Assembly: GCA_030770535.1 (NCBI GenBank)
Contig: JASVEC010000002.1
Location: 1,116,001 to 1,180,000, forward strand
Direction: 5' to 3'
Length of the DNA: 64,000 nucleotides
Source: Batkoa obscura
Taxonomy: Eukaryota
The notes under the pieces were generated by a model. It was not told where the DNA came from. It did not search any database and saw only the letters and a program-made list of their open reading frames with translations. How positions within the stretch are numbered: position 1 is the stretch's first letter; every line of letters starts with the position of its first letter. Below, in pieces: positions 12,348-25,575 of this stretch. The position numbers and the translations under genes were made by a program.

Positions 12348-15300
12348 ATGAGTGCCGAAAATCCGATTGATTCAAAGATTGGACCTAAGGGTAACTTAAA
12401 TCAATTTAAATTAAACCAGGCTGAAGGCGTCCATGTTACTGGTTCTACTACAGTGAGTGATAACAGTATATCAGATGTTTCAAACAGTATAATTGAAGTG
12501 AAATCAGTGTCTGAAATAGTCCCAGGAGCGGCTGAAGAAACAACTGAAAACAGCGCTGAGAAGGAATATAGTCATATACAAAAAGCTGCTATACATGCAT
12601 CTGAAGCTTATATTGGGACTTCAAAGAGAATTGGGAGCAAGATTCCTGAAATAGTGTCAACTGCTAACTGGGAAGGTGAGGTAGCTAATGAGATCGTTGT
12701 TGATGATATTGGTCTAAATAATGAGAATGGAGGCGAATTAAGAAAGAAAGAAATGGATGATAGTAGTAGTTCTAGTTTTTATAATTATAATAATCATTCT
12801 AACGGCTTTAATCAAAAAGAAATTTTTATTTCTGAAAGCAGAGATATTAATGATATTGATGAAGAAAGAGAAGATAAAACGGGTAGTATTTATATACTTT
12901 TTATTTTGCTAGGTATTAATTTATAATTTGGTTAGATCACGAAAATAATGGACGGAGTGGTATCGAAGCTTCTAATTGTTCAGCCTCTAATTTAAAGGAT
13001 TTATCTGATACATCTTCAATGAATAATACAATTGGTGAAAGTTTCGCAATTTCTGGAACCGATGCGTTTGCTTCCATGCTTGTAGAAAGTATGGGCAATA
13101 ATAGATTCAAAGACCAAAAAAATTCATCTCATATTGAGGATATTGATAGTAACTCTACATTAGGTATTGATCAAAATGTTATCAATAAAAACACGAAAGT
13201 AGCCAATGGGTTAAGCGATGGAACAAAAGAAAAAGAAAAAACAGAAGAAAGGTTAAATAATTCCAGTGAATCATGTAGATCTATCAAAGAGTTAGAAGGA
13301 ATTTTAAACCATGGATTGAGAGATTCATTTTCCCTTAATGATTTTGATGTGTTTAAAAATACACATTTGCAGCGGGAAAATGCCAAGAGATCCAAAAATG
13401 GTCCAGGAGTTTTTGATTCTACTGCTATTTCCTCTAAATCAGATGATATTGAAGATGGTGTTGGCGATGCAGGTAAATATAAATTAAACGCTTTATATTA
13501 AAATCCAATAACTAATTTTAAATAGAATTGGAAGGTAAGGTTTCTAACAGTACTAAGACTTCAAAAGATTCCGAATCTTTAAATCTTGATTCTAGTCAAT
13601 CATTGAAATCAAAATCAGATTATACTTTAATTAAGGAAGATGAACCGGCTAAATTGAAGGAAAAAGCGGATATTCAAGAAGTAATTGATAAAAATGATAT
13701 TAATCAAAGTGGCTCAAGTGATATTGATTTGGATGAGAATGATAAATCAATAATCAATAAAATAAATGAAGGCAACTATTTTAATAAACTTAATGATTTT
13801 ATTGGACATGAGATTATGCAAAATAAAATAAACAATCAAAATCAGAATTGTAATAAAGATATTAAAGGGGGTGACTTAAACTTATCTATTTTAAATAATA
13901 TGGAGAAATCCGCTTTTGATAACTATGATGGACAGAATAATAACGTAAATAGTATTGAACAAAATACTAAAGCAATTAATCATGAGAATGATATGGTTAA
14001 GATTACTAATGAAAATGGTAAGTATATGTTATCTTCAATAACAATTATAATAATAAAAGATAGGCTATAATAAACATGAAACTATGAATAACCAGTTGTA
14101 TGATGATGAAGGTGAAGTATATCTCAAGTTAAATGGTAATTTTAGTTACACTATATAAAAAACATCAATTTATAAGAATATATAGATTCTGACGGAAAGT
14201 CAAATAATAGCTCACCAAATGAAACTAGTCAAAATAATTCATTAAATGGAATGCATCATATATCCTATACACAAGAGGAATCAGGAAAGCATGATAATGC
14301 TGTTGAAATTACTGAATTAATAGATGACTTAACAACAAATTTATTTACATTTAATGAAGACGCGATCTTTAAATCTGTATTAAAGGTAGATGAACCATCT
14401 AATCCAAATAATATTTTAGATGCTATTGAAGAGGTTTTCGATGAAAACCATGATAGGGAGAATAAATTTACTAATGGCGAAAACGAAAATATTGATAGTG
14501 AAAATGAACTTTTAACTGAATTAATTTCAGATTATGATGGCGCAAATCATTTGGATAATGGAACCCATCATCCATCACATGTCCAAAAAATAGAATATCA
14601 ATGTAATGAGGAGGAGAACCACAATGTTGATACTCAATTTATTAATAATTGTTATAACGATGAATATCATTTTCATGGTTATGTGGCATCTAGCGAGAAT
14701 GATAGTAATGGTTTTGCTAAAAAATCATCAACTATGACACCAACAATAGCTAATCAAAATGATTATGCAATTGACCCAGTAGAAGATGTGTTTGCAGAAG
14801 AAAGCGAAAATGATAGTGTTAAGGATTTTTATGATAATGAATTAAATAGAAATTTTATAAAAATTCAAATGGATAATAAAGATGAAGAATCATTATGGGA
14901 TAGCCAACAAAATGAGATAAGCCCAGATGATAGCAGTACTTGGAATAGGATTTCAAAGGAAAACAAAAGTAATAATAAAGTCAATGATAAAGCTAAAAAA
15001 ATAGTTTTAGAGGAATCAAATCAAAACCAAAGAGAAGAGTGGCGTAGATTAAGCAAGTCATCCTCGAAAGTAAGTAATAACGGTGTAGTTAGTAGGTTAA
15101 CTACAAAATGGGTGGATGGAATAAAAGAAGAAGATCATAATGAAGTAAACTTTGATGTGCCAGGTGAAAGTTGGAAAACATATTTGGAATGGATTATAGC
15201 CAACAAAGATAAAGACATAAAAGATCCATCGATAGCAGATCAAACTATATTAACTGATGTCGAAGATGAATGGAAGGATAGACCAAGGAGCTTTTCTGAT

Positions 15301-16524
15301 TTTTGTGTTAGATCGTGGTCTAGTGGTAGTCAAAATGAGGAGTATTATGAGGATGATGAAAGATCCGAAAGAAAAGGCAAAAAGGAATTATACGAAGGAA
15401 ATGGGCATACAAACAAAAGTTCATATAAGGTAATAGCAATTTGATTATTTATACTAGTGATAACGATTATATAGGAATCTGACAATAAAGGACTCAAAGA
15501 AATCTCAGATGAAGAATTAGGATCGAACTCAAGCTCAAAGCAAGAATCAAATCCCACCATACAATCGGGGAATTATAGTAGTTCATTTTTAGAACTTTTA
15601 ACTGAACAGAAAGAATTTGATGACAAAAAGTTAGATTGCTTTGATAAAAATTCCGATACCCATGCAAAACATGTTGATAATAGTTTGAATGATTTTTCAA
15701 ACAATGTTGTAAATCCAAACTCTATTTCAGTATTACTAGAAGACAATGATAATAATATCAATAATAATTATAATAAAGGCAATGATGATGGTGTTAACGA
15801 TAATGCAAATAATATCAGCAGTAACAGTGATAATGTCACCAATGGCAATACGAGTAATAATATCAGTAATGACAAAGAGATTGAAGATTTATTAAACTCA
15901 ATCAATTCAGTAAATTCAACGCATATTAAACCATCAGTGCCAACCATGAATTTAAAACGTGGGCAAAGTGAAACATCGAATGGCAGTAATAAAAGTACAA
16001 ACCATGGCTCTAATGAATTCATTGATTTCAAAACCAATTCAGCAATTCATTATAGTAATGAAGTATTAAATAAATCCAAAAGAGGGGAAGATAACGACAA
16101 CGAGCTATTAAAAGCAAAAAGACAAGCCACTGAATTATGCAGTAGTAAATCAGCCCAAATATTTAAGAATAATAATGAAGAGTTGAATAAAATCCCATCA
16201 ATTTTAACATCAAATAGAAAAATCAAATCCGTTTTACAATTTGATTTACTTAGAGTATCAAATAACAAAGATGATAGTAATAAACCAAGTTCTCAAATTA
16301 ATGGTATTGATATTGGCCAAAAAGTGGAAACAAATAGTGAACGCGAAAGTCGAATTAAAATTGTATACTTTGACACTCCAAATGGCCCACAAAAATTTGT
16401 ATGGGACTTGATTTATAATCCATATTATCTATTAAGAGAATTCTGTACCAAAAACAATATCAATAATGAACATTATTTTGATGGTTTATTATTTTACCTT
16501 AATCAGTTTCAAAAAAATTATTAA
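12348..16524 (+). CDS. Large multi-exon N/D/E/S-rich low-complexity protein with a small folded C-terminal domain
   Basis: Consecutive + strand ORFs separated by ~45-55 nt GT-AG introns (approx. 12883-12935, 13473-13525, 14018-14064, 14135-14186, 15430-15474). ATG at 12348, stop at 16524. Confidence 0.75.
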
Positions 16525-17504
16525 AGCTAACCAATATTTGCCAAACTATGAGTTATCATCTTTTGATATTGTTTTAATATTGGCTATACTATAAATTGAG
16601 TTTTAGATGCCTTTAGTATTGATCTTTATTTGTTTAAAATTTGAATGAATTAATTTTTTGAATTAGAATTCCTGATTTCAAGATTATCTCTAGTAAAAAA
16701 TAAAATTATCAAGTACTTCATTTAATAAGTACTTCCTGAAATCTTTAGTTTAGTTTTTATTTCACACCTAAATAACAGCTTTTGTTTTTAGTCTATGTTG
16801 AACTGACAACATTAAATATCTAAATAACCTTATTCAAAGTTTCCTATGCAGTTTACAAGCAACGATTTACTTGTACTTTTTTTCTCTTCGTGCTGTATAT
16901 TGAAATCATGCTTCCTTTAACAATAAAGAACAATACAACAAAAAAGGATATAAAAATCAACTCTATAGGTGAGATGTTATATAGTCATTTGCTTGACAAT
17001 TTATTGTAGTAAAGATTTCAACCCTTTGCTTTCAATTAGATAAATTATTCAATAATTAAAATCAAAGTTGACAATTTTGACAAGTAGATTTTGAAACATT
17101 GTTTATATGAAGTCGTTGTCGTTTTTCACATATATCCTTGAAAAACTAGTTTAAATAAAAATTTCACTTATAATATACATTTGTGTTCTGTTTAAGCTGA
17201 ATTATGTTATTAGTTATTGAATATCCATTTATTTCAATACTCCACACAAAGATCTTTAAAATAACTTTAGTTTAATGAAATCAAGTCTTTTGATTTCTTT
17301 TATTATTCATGAATACTATTAAAATTTAGGAAGGTATCAAGACATATTTAGACCAGCCCTTTAGCTAATGCTTGAACTTATTGATCTCTTATATCATGTA
17401 GTTTAAGCATTTCTGGCTATATCAGCTTAATTCAAAATTATATAGATTGACTTTTAATTATTATAAACCTTTTAAGAATTCTTATTCCATCATAAGTACG
17501 ATAT

Positions 17505-17602
17505 GGGGCTGTTTTTTTTGGTTTCATTATTTTTCCCTTTTTTAAGCACTATTTGAGTGGGAAAACTGTTAGTAAAATTCTTAAACAAAAAAATACATCC
17601 CC
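17505..17602. mobile_element. MITE
   Basis: ATAT TSDs; one mismatch to the copy at 53985-54082. Confidence 0.9.
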
Positions 17603-17972
17603 ATATATTATAAAATGTCTACCTAAAAAAGTCATTGTCAAGTTTTATAGAATATGAAATTTTTTGCAATGCAATTTATTAATATTGTTATTTTTGTTAA
17701 TAACCAAAATTAGTATATTTTTTAATAAATTAAAAATTAATTGTAAAAGATCGCAACAAAAAAAGAACCAATAAATGGAACTAATAAAGAAAATCTCAAG
17801 TAATAATTGGCCATAAACGCTCAACTCCAAATAAAGCAATTGCCATTAACTTGCTCATCCGAGATCAATGTATTGTAATAACAATTCCAAGAACACCTTT
17901 ATAAATCAAAAACAACAACCATTTCCTCAAACTCATTTGTTCTTTTTTAAATAATATTAACAGTAAAATAAG

Positions 17973-18386
17973 ATGAAACTAAACCTTTTGATAAGCGTGC
18001 TTAGTAGTATGATAATCATGGGCACCATAGAGTGCCGAGCCGTTGATAATGAAATGATGGTCAAGAGAGATGGTATGTTATCGAATCTTTTACGTGGCCT
18101 TGGCCATAAGTTACATGTTCGGGAAATGTTAAGTAAACTACATCTTACAAAGAGAGACAACGATGGTGATGATGAGGATAAAAGTGATGAAGATAAAAAA
18201 GAGGATAAAAAAGAAGATAAGGATGAAGATAAGAAAGAAGACAAGAAGGTTGAGGTCAAGAAAGATGAAAATAAATCAAAAAATGGAGCTAAATTGTTTA
18301 AAGGAAGTTCCAGTGAAACCACTTTAGTTGGAAGCTCTGCTCTACTTCCTATTGCTCTCGCTGCTATCTATAATGTTAGATATTAA
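17973..18386 (+). CDS. Secreted, probably GPI-anchored small protein with KR processing sites and D/E/K repeat
   Basis: Hydrophobic N-terminal signal, VKR and TKR dibasic sites, (K/D)EDK repeats, SSS followed by a hydrophobic C-terminal tail. Confidence 0.75.
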   Translation: MKLNLLISVLSSMIIMGTIECRAVDNEMMVKRDGMLSNLLRGLGHKLHVREMLSKLHLTKRDNDGDDEDKSDEDKKEDKKEDKDEDKKEDKKVEVKKDENKSKNGAKLFKGSSSETTLVGSSALLPIALAAIYNVRY

Positions 18387-18668
18387 ACCCTTTGTATCTA
18401 TTTAATATCAATTAATAAACCTAAACTTTTACTGATTTTTATGACGAGTTTTTGTTTAGATAGTAGAGTAACTATATACATTTATAAATAAAATTATTCA
18501 AAAATTAATAGCTATCTAATATTTATAAAATTGATTTGATAGTTTATCCTGGCTTATAGATGTAACCAGAGTATTTTCATATTAAGTCTATTAAGTTATT
18601 CCAATATTAACAATACACCAACAGCTATATATTTAAACGTAACTGTAAAGCTGTATAATATAATAAAT

Positions 18669-18767
18669 GGGGATGTTTTTTGGTTTCATTACTTTTTCCA
18701 TCTTTTAAGAGCACTATTTGAGTGGAAAATTTGTTAGTAAAATTCTTAAACACGAAAATATATCCCT
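18669..18767. mobile_element. MITE
   Basis: Family consensus; TSDs decayed. Confidence 0.8.
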
Positions 18768-19135
18768 GAACGTTTATTTTAAATAATCGTCTTAAATATA
18801 CAATACTTTATTTTGAGATAGTTTTCAGTGATTTGTTTTGTTGTGCTATCATCTTCAAATTTTATTAAATTTTATTACTCATTAGTTTAACAAAGACCAC
18901 AGATATCCTTTGCAGGTTGCTAACCTTCAGCTTTCATTACTCTACATAATTATTTCAAAAAGCACTTAAATATAAAGGTTTACAAGAGTTAAAAAAAATC
19001 AGTCATTAAGTAGAATCATACCAATTAAAACAAATGCTATCTGATTTTGGTTGGTAGACAAATAAAATCAAAATTTAAGGAAAATTGTTTTTTTGTATTT
19101 TAGTCTTTAGTTCTTTAGTATATAGCTAAATAACT

Positions 19136-20444
19136 ATGAGTTTCAACCTAAATAAAAAGAGATACAAAGAATCGGAAAAAAAGGGGGTGTGGATTAAAGA
19201 TGGCTGTGAGGACGCGGAAATAGAAATAGAGATACGAATAGATAGCATATTTGGAGATAAAGAGATAAATTTTAGTCTCAATAATGAGGATTACAATAGG
19301 TTAAATTTTATACAATTAAAGGAGATTATCACGAATAGATATCTTAGCTCTTATTCTATACAAATCATAATCGATTATTTTTATGATGATAATAAAGTGT
19401 ATTCAATAGTATCGTTCTTAAGTGAGAATTTTAACACCAAAAAGATCGTTTTAAAAGCAAAGGTTAGCAAGTTTCTGGGCTATACCATCGAAGCAATCAC
19501 CAAGACTCTACAGACTAAGTTTCAACAATTTGACTTTAGCTCAGTTACATTACCTAACTTAAACTTTGATAATTGGCTCGCTAGAGATGAATTATTAAAA
19601 ATAGTTTCGTTTTTTGACTCGAAGTATTGTTCAAGAGAAGTCAATACACTTAGTTTAGATAATAATTTATTGGATAACGATTTCTTATTTCAGTTTGCAA
19701 AGTTAAGTTTTATAAACTTAAATTTACTTAAGCTTGGTAACAATGCGTTTTCTGGGAATGCTTTGATCCACTTCATTGCAATATTAAAACAAGATACTCT
19801 TCAAACTTTAGATTTAAATAATACAGATTTGTCAAAGTTAGATTTAGAAAGATTTTTTGATCAACTAAATAAATTTCCAGAATTAAATTGTCTAAACCTT
19901 AATAACTGCAACTTAAATTTTGATAAAAGACATAACTTTACATTGCATAACAAAATTAGTTTGAATTTATCAGAACTGACAATCAATAATAATAATCACT
20001 TTTCTCATTTTTTAAATTGTTTTAATTTAACCGAGTTAAACCTAAGCTATCTTACTATTCATAATCTTCCTTATAATCTTCTATTTTTGCTTTTAAGATC
20101 TAACAATAGGTAATTAACTTTAATTTTATTACTTATATTCCAATAGTTAATATAATTTTAGTTTAAAACATCTTAATCTTTATCATCTTTCATTTGATTC
20201 CATAACTAACCCTAATGACATTTTACTCGAGTCAACTCAACTATCTACTTTAGACCTCTCTTACTTCCCAGATCTAGAAGGTAACTTATTCTATTATTCT
20301 TATATTAGTTTATTTATTTTTTCCACTATAGTTTTAAACGAATGGCTAAATGTGTTATTACCTAAAGCACATAATTTGACGCGCTTAGTTCTAAAAGGTA
20401 TTAAAGAATTTGAAGTTAAGTTTAGTGGTTCTATCTGTTGGTAA
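19136..20444 (+). CDS. Leucine-rich-repeat (RI-like) protein, 3 exons
   Basis: LxLxxNxL repeats (TLSLDNNLL, LKLGNNAF, TLDLNNTDL). Introns 20110-20161 and 20281-20331 keep the frame. The 3' end could extend by one more exon. Confidence 0.8.
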
Positions 20445-22097
20445 TTATCATATTATCAAAATTCATATTGGCTTATTAGTTTATGAATGATATGTCTTTT
20501 AAATGATGTAATGCTAAGATAGATAAGTAATTTGATTTGTTATACTTTGAATGCCCTAATATAACATTATACATATTTTATACGTCTCATTGATAATATG
20601 TCAGTTTTTTAGGAATGTATATCAATCTGAATGGTAAAATTTATGAAAGTGTGTTTTAAATTACAAGTATTTGGTTCATTGAAAACTCTGAATTTAATAT
20701 AAACTATCCTTTTATAAGATTTAGTTTATCTACAATCTTCTGATATTTTGATAATCATGGTTTGAATTTGATACAAGTAGTTTGCAAATTCTCAATAAAT
20801 TTTGTAGATATTATCCACTTATAGCATGTATTTCTGTTAATTTTTGTAATTCCAAACCAAACCTACTTAACACTTATATTCAGATATACCACTTTTATAC
20901 ACCAGAATCATTAACACTCATGATAAAGTTTTAATGGAAAGTTATATCATTGGATAAAATTTGCAAAGGAATATAAGATGAACTAATAGCTAAATATACC
21001 TATGGTTGGTACCTCAGTTTAATTTTTTCATCTGATTGTTGAAAGAATAATTATAAATTGTAAAAAGTCTATTAGCGCGTAACTGATCTATGTAACATAG
21101 ATGTTTAAAATGACTTATGACCATTCTATAAAACAGATATAAATGTTATTTTGTTTATAAGAGCCTGTTTTTGAGTTTCCCCTGTTTACTCTGTTTAGTA
21201 AGCTTCATAAGTTGAAACAGCCAATCTTTTAAATAAAGATATGGATTTATTCATCAACGGTGTGGAGAATAAAAGAACTTAATATAACTTTTAACTTTTA
21301 TTCTCAACCTATAGTTATTCTAATTTGGGTTTAATTCTTTTACAATTTTAATGTTTTAATTAAACATCATATTTTAGCACTATTAAATCTTTTTTGTACT
21401 AAGTAGAGATGAGTTTACTTTCACTTTTATTTTAAGTAGATTTAATTAAGCTAAGTTTTGTATACTGCTTTTTGGATTCTTATTCTTTAAGGAGAGCATC
21501 TTGTTGAAATAATGTTTATATCAATAATAACATAATCCAAAACATTTAATTTTTTTATAAATATACATCTTTTTATCGCCTTTTCAAGTAATCTGATAAT
21601 CTACAAACTTATTCTCTTAATATTTAAATAGTCATAAGATTTTACTAATGTCTAAAAATTTCCACAATATTATTAAAAACAACCTATTTTACTATTTTTT
21701 GATCAATCAAGGTCTTATAAATGTTCGAGATTTTTTCTGGTGTTAGAACTTTAATAATATTTATCAAATGGATAAATTCAAATCCACTTTATACCTTAAA
21801 CTAATTCTATTTATAAATATACAATTCAAGGAATCGGTGTACTGACAATATTAAAGTATTTCATTATTTCACTCTTAAAATTTCATTATACTTTAAACAT
21901 CTATCCCTAGTCCTTTACCTCTACTCTTTTGCCTCTACTTCTTTGTCCTATACAATAAATTTGTCTATCAAAATATCTCTCAGCCTTTGAATTAATTTAG
22001 GAAATTCCTTTAAATTTTCAATAGAATAATATTTAAATACATTTCCGCATACTAAAAATAAAAACTGATCACCATTCTTAAAAATTCTTTATCTCAG

Positions 22098-22150
22098 CCA
22101 ATAACAGTTGGGTTCCATCAGATTACTGATCTGATAAGACAAAGGTGATA
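22098..22150 (+). promoter_or_regulatory. Putative iron-responsive GATA element cluster (ATCTGATAA) plus CCAAT box
   Basis: ATCTGATAAG at 22129-22138, near-match ATCAGATTA at 22117, GTGATAA at ~22145, CCAAT at 22098. A further ATCTGATAA lies at 21591. Upstream of a siderophore transporter. Confidence 0.6.
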
Positions 22151-22288
22151 ATGTAAAATAGCGTTTACATATTTGCTTGTGAGAGATAGTATAAAAAGAA
22201 ACAAAACACAGATGAAGAAATTGTTTTATAGAATAATAAAACTTAACCCGATTAAAGTTTAATAATAAACTATTAAGTTTATAAAAAA

Positions 22289-24001
22289 ATGAAAGATAAT
22301 TTAAGAGCAGAGTTTGGGGCAGAAGAGATCAATAATGTAGATCAAAAAGAGCTCACCATTGATGAAGTAGGGGCAAGGAGGATGGCTAGTATACGTGGCA
22401 TCATGAGTCGTCCCCAACTATGGGCCTGTTACATTGGCTTATTACTTATTACTTTCATAGTCTCCTTGGAAGTCAACTTGGGCTATGGTCTTTTAACTGT
22501 TGCTTTGAATGAGTTTAAAGCAAATGCATTAACTAGTGTGATTTCTGTAGTGACCAGCTTGATGGGGATTATACTTGTACCTCTGTATTCCAAGATCAGT
22601 GATTTCTTCGGACGTACTGAAATATTTTTGATCTCTTTATTTATCTATGTCATAGGCTTAATCCTTACCTTTTCAGCTAGCTCATTTTCTACCTTTTCCG
22701 CCGGATGGATCTTTACTAGTATTGGATCTACAGGATATGAAACCATCAAAGCCGTCTTAATGGCTGATTTAACCTCTTTAGCTAATCGTGCCAATTTAAA
22801 TGCTGCTGATATGATCCCCTTTGTTATGAATAATTGGATCGGTACCTTTTCCGCTACCCCGATCTCTGAAAACCTTGGATGGCGATGGGGATATATTATA
22901 CCTACCATTTTATTTGTTCCCTTTATTTTTCTATTCTTTAGTATGATGTTTTATTTACAGCATAAAGCCAAGAGACAAACAAATACATTCGTAAGTATCA
23001 AACAGTTCGGACTCAAAAAAGCAATGAAGAAAATCTATCATGATATTGATTTGGTGGGCTTTGCTCTATTAACTGTGAGTTTACTCTTAATAATGATTCC
23101 TTTGATAGTTGCTGGTACTTTGTCAGATGGTTGGAATACACCTAGTATGATTACACTAATTGTAATTGGGAGTATATTGTTCATAGGATTGATCGTATGG
23201 GAATATAAATATTCTAAACATCCCTTAATTCCAATACAAATGTTAAAGAATAAGACTACACTGGGTGGTGTTTTAATTGCTTTTTTCATTAAGATGGATG
23301 CAGGTTTAAATTGGCAATACTTTTATTTATACTTTATGATCTCACGTAAACTAGATCCAACTAGTGCCTTGTTATTATTTAAAGGAAACCAAGTTGGTTA
23401 TTTAGTTTCTGTTTTAGTCTCTGGGATTTTAATTAAGAAGTTACCTAATTTTAAATATTTATTGATTGCTGGCACTGTTGTTAATTGTATTGGTTTAGGT
23501 ACTATGATACCTGCTAGATTCCCACATTCCAGTGATGCGTCTATTCATGTCACCCAAGCAATATCTGGTATTGGACAAGGTATGATTGATATGAGTGCAA
23601 TTATAGCTTATCAAGGTACAGTAAGTAGGAAAGACGTAGCTATTGTTACAGCCACCGTTCAATTGTTAAGAAATGTAGCTACTTCAATTGGTGGAACCAT
23701 AGCTGGTGCTATTTGGACTCAAGTAGTACCTCAGCTTATTCAAAGAAATGTAGAAGGTGAAATTGACCTTACTAGAGCTATGAACGAAATTGCTTATGTT
23801 TGGGAATTACCTGATAGTCAGTTTGAGCAGGTTGTAAGTGGATTTGGAGATGGCCAAATGATTATTTCCGCAGTGTCTTGTGCTTTAGGTGTGATTGGGT
23901 TTTTAATTGCTGTATTTATGGTTAAACCTGTCGATGTTCACAATACACAGAAATTTGATGAGAATATCACAGATGAAAACGAAGAAGTGTACAAAGATTA
24001 A
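22289..24001 (+). CDS. MFS siderophore-iron transporter (SIT/ARN/MirB-like, 14-TM type)
   Basis: 570 aa polytopic membrane protein with KISDFFGRTE, ADLTSLANRA, WRWGYI and HPLIP motifs typical of the SIT family. Confidence 0.9.
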   Translation: MKDNLRAEFGAEEINNVDQKELTIDEVGARRMASIRGIMSRPQLWACYIGLLLITFIVSLEVNLGYGLLTVALNEFKANALTSVISVVTSLMGIILVPLYSKISDFFGRTEIFLISLFIYVIGLILTFSASSFSTFSAGWIFTSIGSTGYETIKAVLMADLTSLANRANLNAADMIPFVMNNWIGTFSATPISENLGWRWGYIIPTILFVPFIFLFFSMMFYLQHKAKRQTNTFVSIKQFGLKKAMKKIYHDIDLVGFALLTVSLLLIMIPLIVAGTLSDGWNTPSMITLIVIGSILFIGLIVWEYKYSKHPLIPIQMLKNKTTLGGVLIAFFIKMDAGLNWQYFYLYFMISRKLDPTSALLLFKGNQVGYLVSVLVSGILIKKLPNFKYLLIAGTVVNCIGLGTMIPARFPHSSDASIHVTQAISGIGQGMIDMSAIIAYQGTVSRKDVAIVTATVQLLRNVATSIGGTIAGAIWTQVVPQLIQRNVEGEIDLTRAMNEIAYVWELPDSQFEQVVSGFGDGQMIISAVSCALGVIGFLIAVFMVKPVDVHNTQKFDENITDENEEVYKD

Positions 24002-25111
24002 GCTCACACTAAGTTTTTCAAAAAAGCCATAAATTCAAGTTAATATTTAATAAAGTTCATCCATTTAATAGATAGATAAAGGTTCTCATTTTCTCGACTT
24101 TTATTCATAACCTATTTATCTCAATAGTGATATAGTTTAATTTTTATAGTTTTTTTATTAACTTCTATTACAGGGTATATTTATAATTTTTATAATTCCA
24201 AACAATTAATAATGATTAAGAGAGGCAAATTGAGCTGGAAATTAGTAAACAATAATACAAAAAACCTGGAATTCCATAATCTTTTTATAAAGATCAATTA
24301 TTTTTTAAATGTTACAAATTTTCTTTGAAAGTATAATCAATATAATTGAAGTATTTTCCAGAAAAAAACACTGTGAAATTATTATTATAAAAAGACTAAA
24401 AGAAATAAATCATATAGTTAGCAAAGGATATATAACATTATTTATAATAGAAAGAAAAAACATTGTATAAGATTTATCGAAGTTTGTAATTTTAAAGCAA
24501 TTATAAAAAACCAAAAACAAAAAAGCTATTAAAACTGCTAACAAAAAAACCGAAAAAAATAAAAACCTAAAAAAAGGAGCATTAAAGTTTTTTAAAATTA
24601 AAAAAAATACTACAGATATATAAAGATATAAAGCATTATAAAAAAGTCAAATTTTAGATTTTTTATCTAAAATTGCTTATAAGTTTAGTTTATTATAAAT
24701 TGTAAACCTAAATTTAAGTTAAAAGTTTTAACATGTAATTTTAACTAAGCTTTTTGGTTTATTCGTAGTTTACTTATTAATTTAAAATTTCATAATATTA
24801 AAAGAACTACCAAAAACAAATAGCCTTTTTTATTTATTAAAAAATACTTACCTGTTTTATGTCTTAATAAAGTTTTTGAAATTTTTATTTACTATAATAA
24901 AGCTATCTATTATATTTGTAAAAAATTACAAAAATATGCTTCAGATAATGATAAAAATATTATATTACTGTAGTTTTTAAAAATGATATAAGAATATGGG
25001 GCTGTCCGAATTGGTTTCAGAATTTACTTAGAAGTTAACTCAAATTTTAAATTTTTAAATTTGCGTCTTTAATGTGACAGTTAAATCCAAAAACCCCAAA
25101 ATTGAATCCTC

Positions 25112-25575
25112 TGTGGAATATCGCTTTGTCAGTCCCATGGTCAATTATGACATAACAATCACCTAAGCTGTTGTGTTCTCGAGCTCAGAGGAAATCAATC
25201 CCATGTTCTTATTTTGATTTGTTATGAGAATTTGTAGCTCCATCCCAAAGAATATTATTTTCTCATTTTGATATTTCTACTTTTCAGAGTATAAAAGAGT
25301 TTACAGAGTATAATAGTTCGAGGCTTTTTGACTGAATTATTCTTTGATATCTCGAACATTTAATAAAGCCACTAAGTTTACTTAATAGTATTCTATATAG
25401 ATTTTACATTGGTATTGTCTATTATATTTGTCTCACATAGTCTGTAACCTACCACGTAGTATTCTTCATAATTCAAGTGTATCTTAGTCACATAAACTAA
25501 GACCTTTCGACTTATAGTGTAGTCAACCAAGCAATAGCTGTTCTTGACTCCAAACACTGAGCACCAGATTTCACA
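25112..25575 (+). mobile_element. Solo-LTR-like element, copy 1 (464 bp)
   Basis: TGTGGAAT...ATTTCACA termini, internal TATAAAAG then AATAAA. Near-identical to 26523-26983. Flanks do not match, implying an adjacent rearrangement. Confidence 0.75.
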
